Shown: positions 61,490-64,000 of the stretch, piece by piece
How positions within the stretch are numbered: position 1 is the first letter of the stretch
Layout of the letters: the number at the start of each line of letters is the position of its first letter
DNA from: Convolutriloba macropyga
Taxonomy: Eukaryota
Assembly: GCF_964194025.1 (NCBI RefSeq)
Contig: NC_134482.1
Coordinates: forward strand, 15,438,001-15,502,000
Direction of reading: 5' to 3'
DNA: 64,000 nucleotides
Program-made: the position numbers and the translations under genes
The notes under the pieces: model-generated
Database searches by the model: none
Told to the model about the DNA's origin: nothing
The model's input: the letters and a program-made list of their open reading frames with translations, nothing else

Positions 61490-63445
61490 CGCTTTCGCAA
61501 AACGCTTTTTGATATGGTTGTTTAATGTTTACTTTTTACAAATAACATATCCAAGGTCCACGACGGGAACTTTGTGTTGAGTACTTAGCCCTTCAGACTG
61601 ATCAGGGCATAGCTTTCATGGCCAAAACAACGAGCCTACTATTTTTGGCATACAAATCTGATTCATTGACCCGCCATCAAGCTGAGAGGTTGTCAATATC
61701 TAATTGATTGTCACTTGATGGAGATTGAGGAAATATTTTGCGGTCGTCACATTACACATAAGCGGCGCCATGACAGAGCATCAGACAAAACCTTGAGTTT
61801 GTTACAAAACACAATATCAACATTACTTTTTTCTATTCTAAATTTAAGTAGGACACGAACATTTCAATGGATGCAGAATTCAAAACAAAAGGTTCTAATT
61901 GTTAGGAGCCAAAAATGAAAAACATTTTTTACTGCTTTTCTCAAGTGAAAATATATTTTAAACCAAAATCAAACCTTACAGCTGTCAATATACCAACCTG
62001 TTAACCTGATATCTGCCGTTTCTTGCAGTAAATTGTAATTTTGACACTAAAACGCTTCTGAATTGTGCATCTCATTTGATTATCAGGTTTCTGTAGGAAA
62101 CGCTTAGAGGACTCTGATGATACTATTATTTGGAGAAGATTTTGTCCGCAAGCATTCCACCTGATTGATTGACAAATAAGCAGCAGACATTTGATATTCT
62201 TTTGGAGACATTTATTCCCTTTGGCACATTTCGTTTCAAAAAATTTAAAACCTTTGACGCTTTCGCAATACGCTTATTGACATGTTTATTTAATGTATAG
62301 TTTTTAAAAATAACATATCCAAGGTCCACGATGGGAACTTTGTGTTGAGGACTTAGCCCTTTAGACTGATCAGGGCTTTAATGGCCAAAACAACGAACTC
62401 ACTATTTTTGGCATAAACATTTGATTCATTGACCCGCTTTCTAGCTAAGAGGTTGCCAATATCTGATTGATTGTCACTTGATTCAAATTGAGGAAATATT
62501 TTGAGATCGCCACATTACACATAAGCGGCGCCATGACAGAGCACCAGATAAAACCTGAGTTTTGTTACAAAAAAAACTATCAACATTACTTTGTTTTTGT
62601 TCTAACAATTAAGTAAGACTCGAAAGTTTCAATAGATGCAGAATCCAAAACAAAAGATTCTAATTGTTAGGAGCAAAAAATTTAGGACTTTTTTTACAGC
62701 TTTTCTCAAGTGAAAATATATTTTGAAGCAATATCAAACTTTACAGCTGTCAGTATACCACCCTGTTAACCTGATGTCTACCGTTTCCTGCAACAAATTG
62801 TAAATTTGACACTAAAAACACTTCTGAAATGTGCATCTCATTTCATTATCAAGTTTCTGTAGGAAACGCTTAGAGGACTCTGATTATACTATTATTTGGA
62901 GAAGATTTTGTCCGCAAGCATTCCACCTAGTTGATTGACAAATAAGCAGCAGGCATTTGATATTCTTTTGGAATATTTGATATTTTTTCGTAATACGCTT
63001 ATTGATATGTTTGTTTATTGTTTAAATTTTACAAATAATATATCCAAGGTCCGCGATGGGATTTTTGTGTTGAGGATTTAGCCCTTCAAACAGATCAGGG
63101 CATAGCTTTCGTGGCCAAAACAATGAGCTTACTATTTTGGGCATGAAAATTTGATCCATTGAATCGCGATTAAGCTGAGAGGCTGTCAATATATGATTGA
63201 ATGTCACTTGATGGAAACTGAGGAAATATTTTGAGGTCGTCATAATACACATAGGCGGCGCCAAGACAGAGCACCAGATAAAACCTTTAGTTTATTACAA
63301 AACACACTATTAACAGTATTTTTTCTGTTCTAAAATTTAAGTTAGACTCAAATATTTCAATTGATGCAGAATCCAAAATAAAAGATTCTAATTGTTAGGA
63401 GCAAAAAAATGTAGGACAATTTTGACTACTTCTCTCATGTGAAAA
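61490..63445 (-). repeat. ~730-770-bp tandem array (about 2.6 units) derived from a LINE RT C-terminal fragment
   Basis: Units start at ~61490, ~62258 and ~62984; minus strand DLGYVIFKNYTLNKHVNKRIAKASKVLNFLKRNV resembles LINE KDLGV...W..H...KA..F..LKRN. Confidence 0.8.
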
Positions 63446-64000
63446 TCTACCGGAAAACAGTTTGCGTTATGAATTCTGCTGCTAAACATTCAAAGCTGAC
63501 TAACATTGCTGACAATTCTCAAAAACAATGTTGCCGCCGTTTATATTGATATCCCAGCCGAGCTTAATTAAATCATTTAAATACTATCGCTACAGTTTAC
63601 TTAGGATGCAGATGGGCTGATAAACAGATATGTCCTGCGTCGAAACCACTTTTGTGCAATGGAATAATAGATGAAGTTTTCAACTAATTAGACCGTATCA
63701 AAGAACTCAAATTATTATAATATATATTTGATAAAACAAGTAAAGGAATAAAATTGCTGCCAGTAGATGATTAATCATTATTACAAAGCTTTGAAGCGTT
63801 GAAAACGTCAGCAACAATGAAGGAGAAATCAATTAATATAATGTCACGTAATATTAGAGTTTCAACCTTGAGGCTTTTATCTGGATTGAAGTCAGAGCTA
63901 GAAGAAACATATTGAACGGCTGAGACTTCTCCAACCTACGTCTTGCTTTGGTATCAGCATAAAGAACTTTGAATGGATAAGTAAAACCCAACTTAAGCCA

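Overview
AT-rich invertebrate (metazoan) genomic scaffold with six N-gaps; spliced genes and transposon debris, no prokaryotic features. Host genes: (1) a minus-strand TKL/TAK1(MAP3K7)-like protein kinase with three phase-compatible exons (14997-14662, 4091-3930, 3210-3017), a degenerate Gly-loop and DFN in place of DFG; its C-lobe exons were not found in the window. (2) An intronless GT31 beta-1,3-galactosyltransferase-like sequence with two frameshifts and a damaged DxD motif. (3) A plus-strand Vax homeobox gene (exons 54259-54446 and 57460-57999; the first is not in the ORF track), with a candidate first exon near 43.55-43.70 kb whose splice path is unresolved. The rest is layered mobile DNA: a head-to-tail cluster of decayed CRE-clade (restriction-like endonuclease) retrotransposons at 15.2-23.7 kb, several CR1/L2-group LINEs with (TAC)n tails nested in it and in each other, a rearranged BEL/Pao element with a 3' LTR, a near-full-length L2/CR1-type LINE with an SGNH-esterase ORF1, tRNA-derived SINE heads, MITEs, a 19-bp satellite just downstream of Vax, and a LINE-derived ~750-bp tandem array. 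I found no convincing wholly new biological system. The best leads are the Vax exon-1/microexon splicing puzzle, the atypical kinase and the CRE tandem cluster. All family assignments are by eye from motifs; no searches were run.
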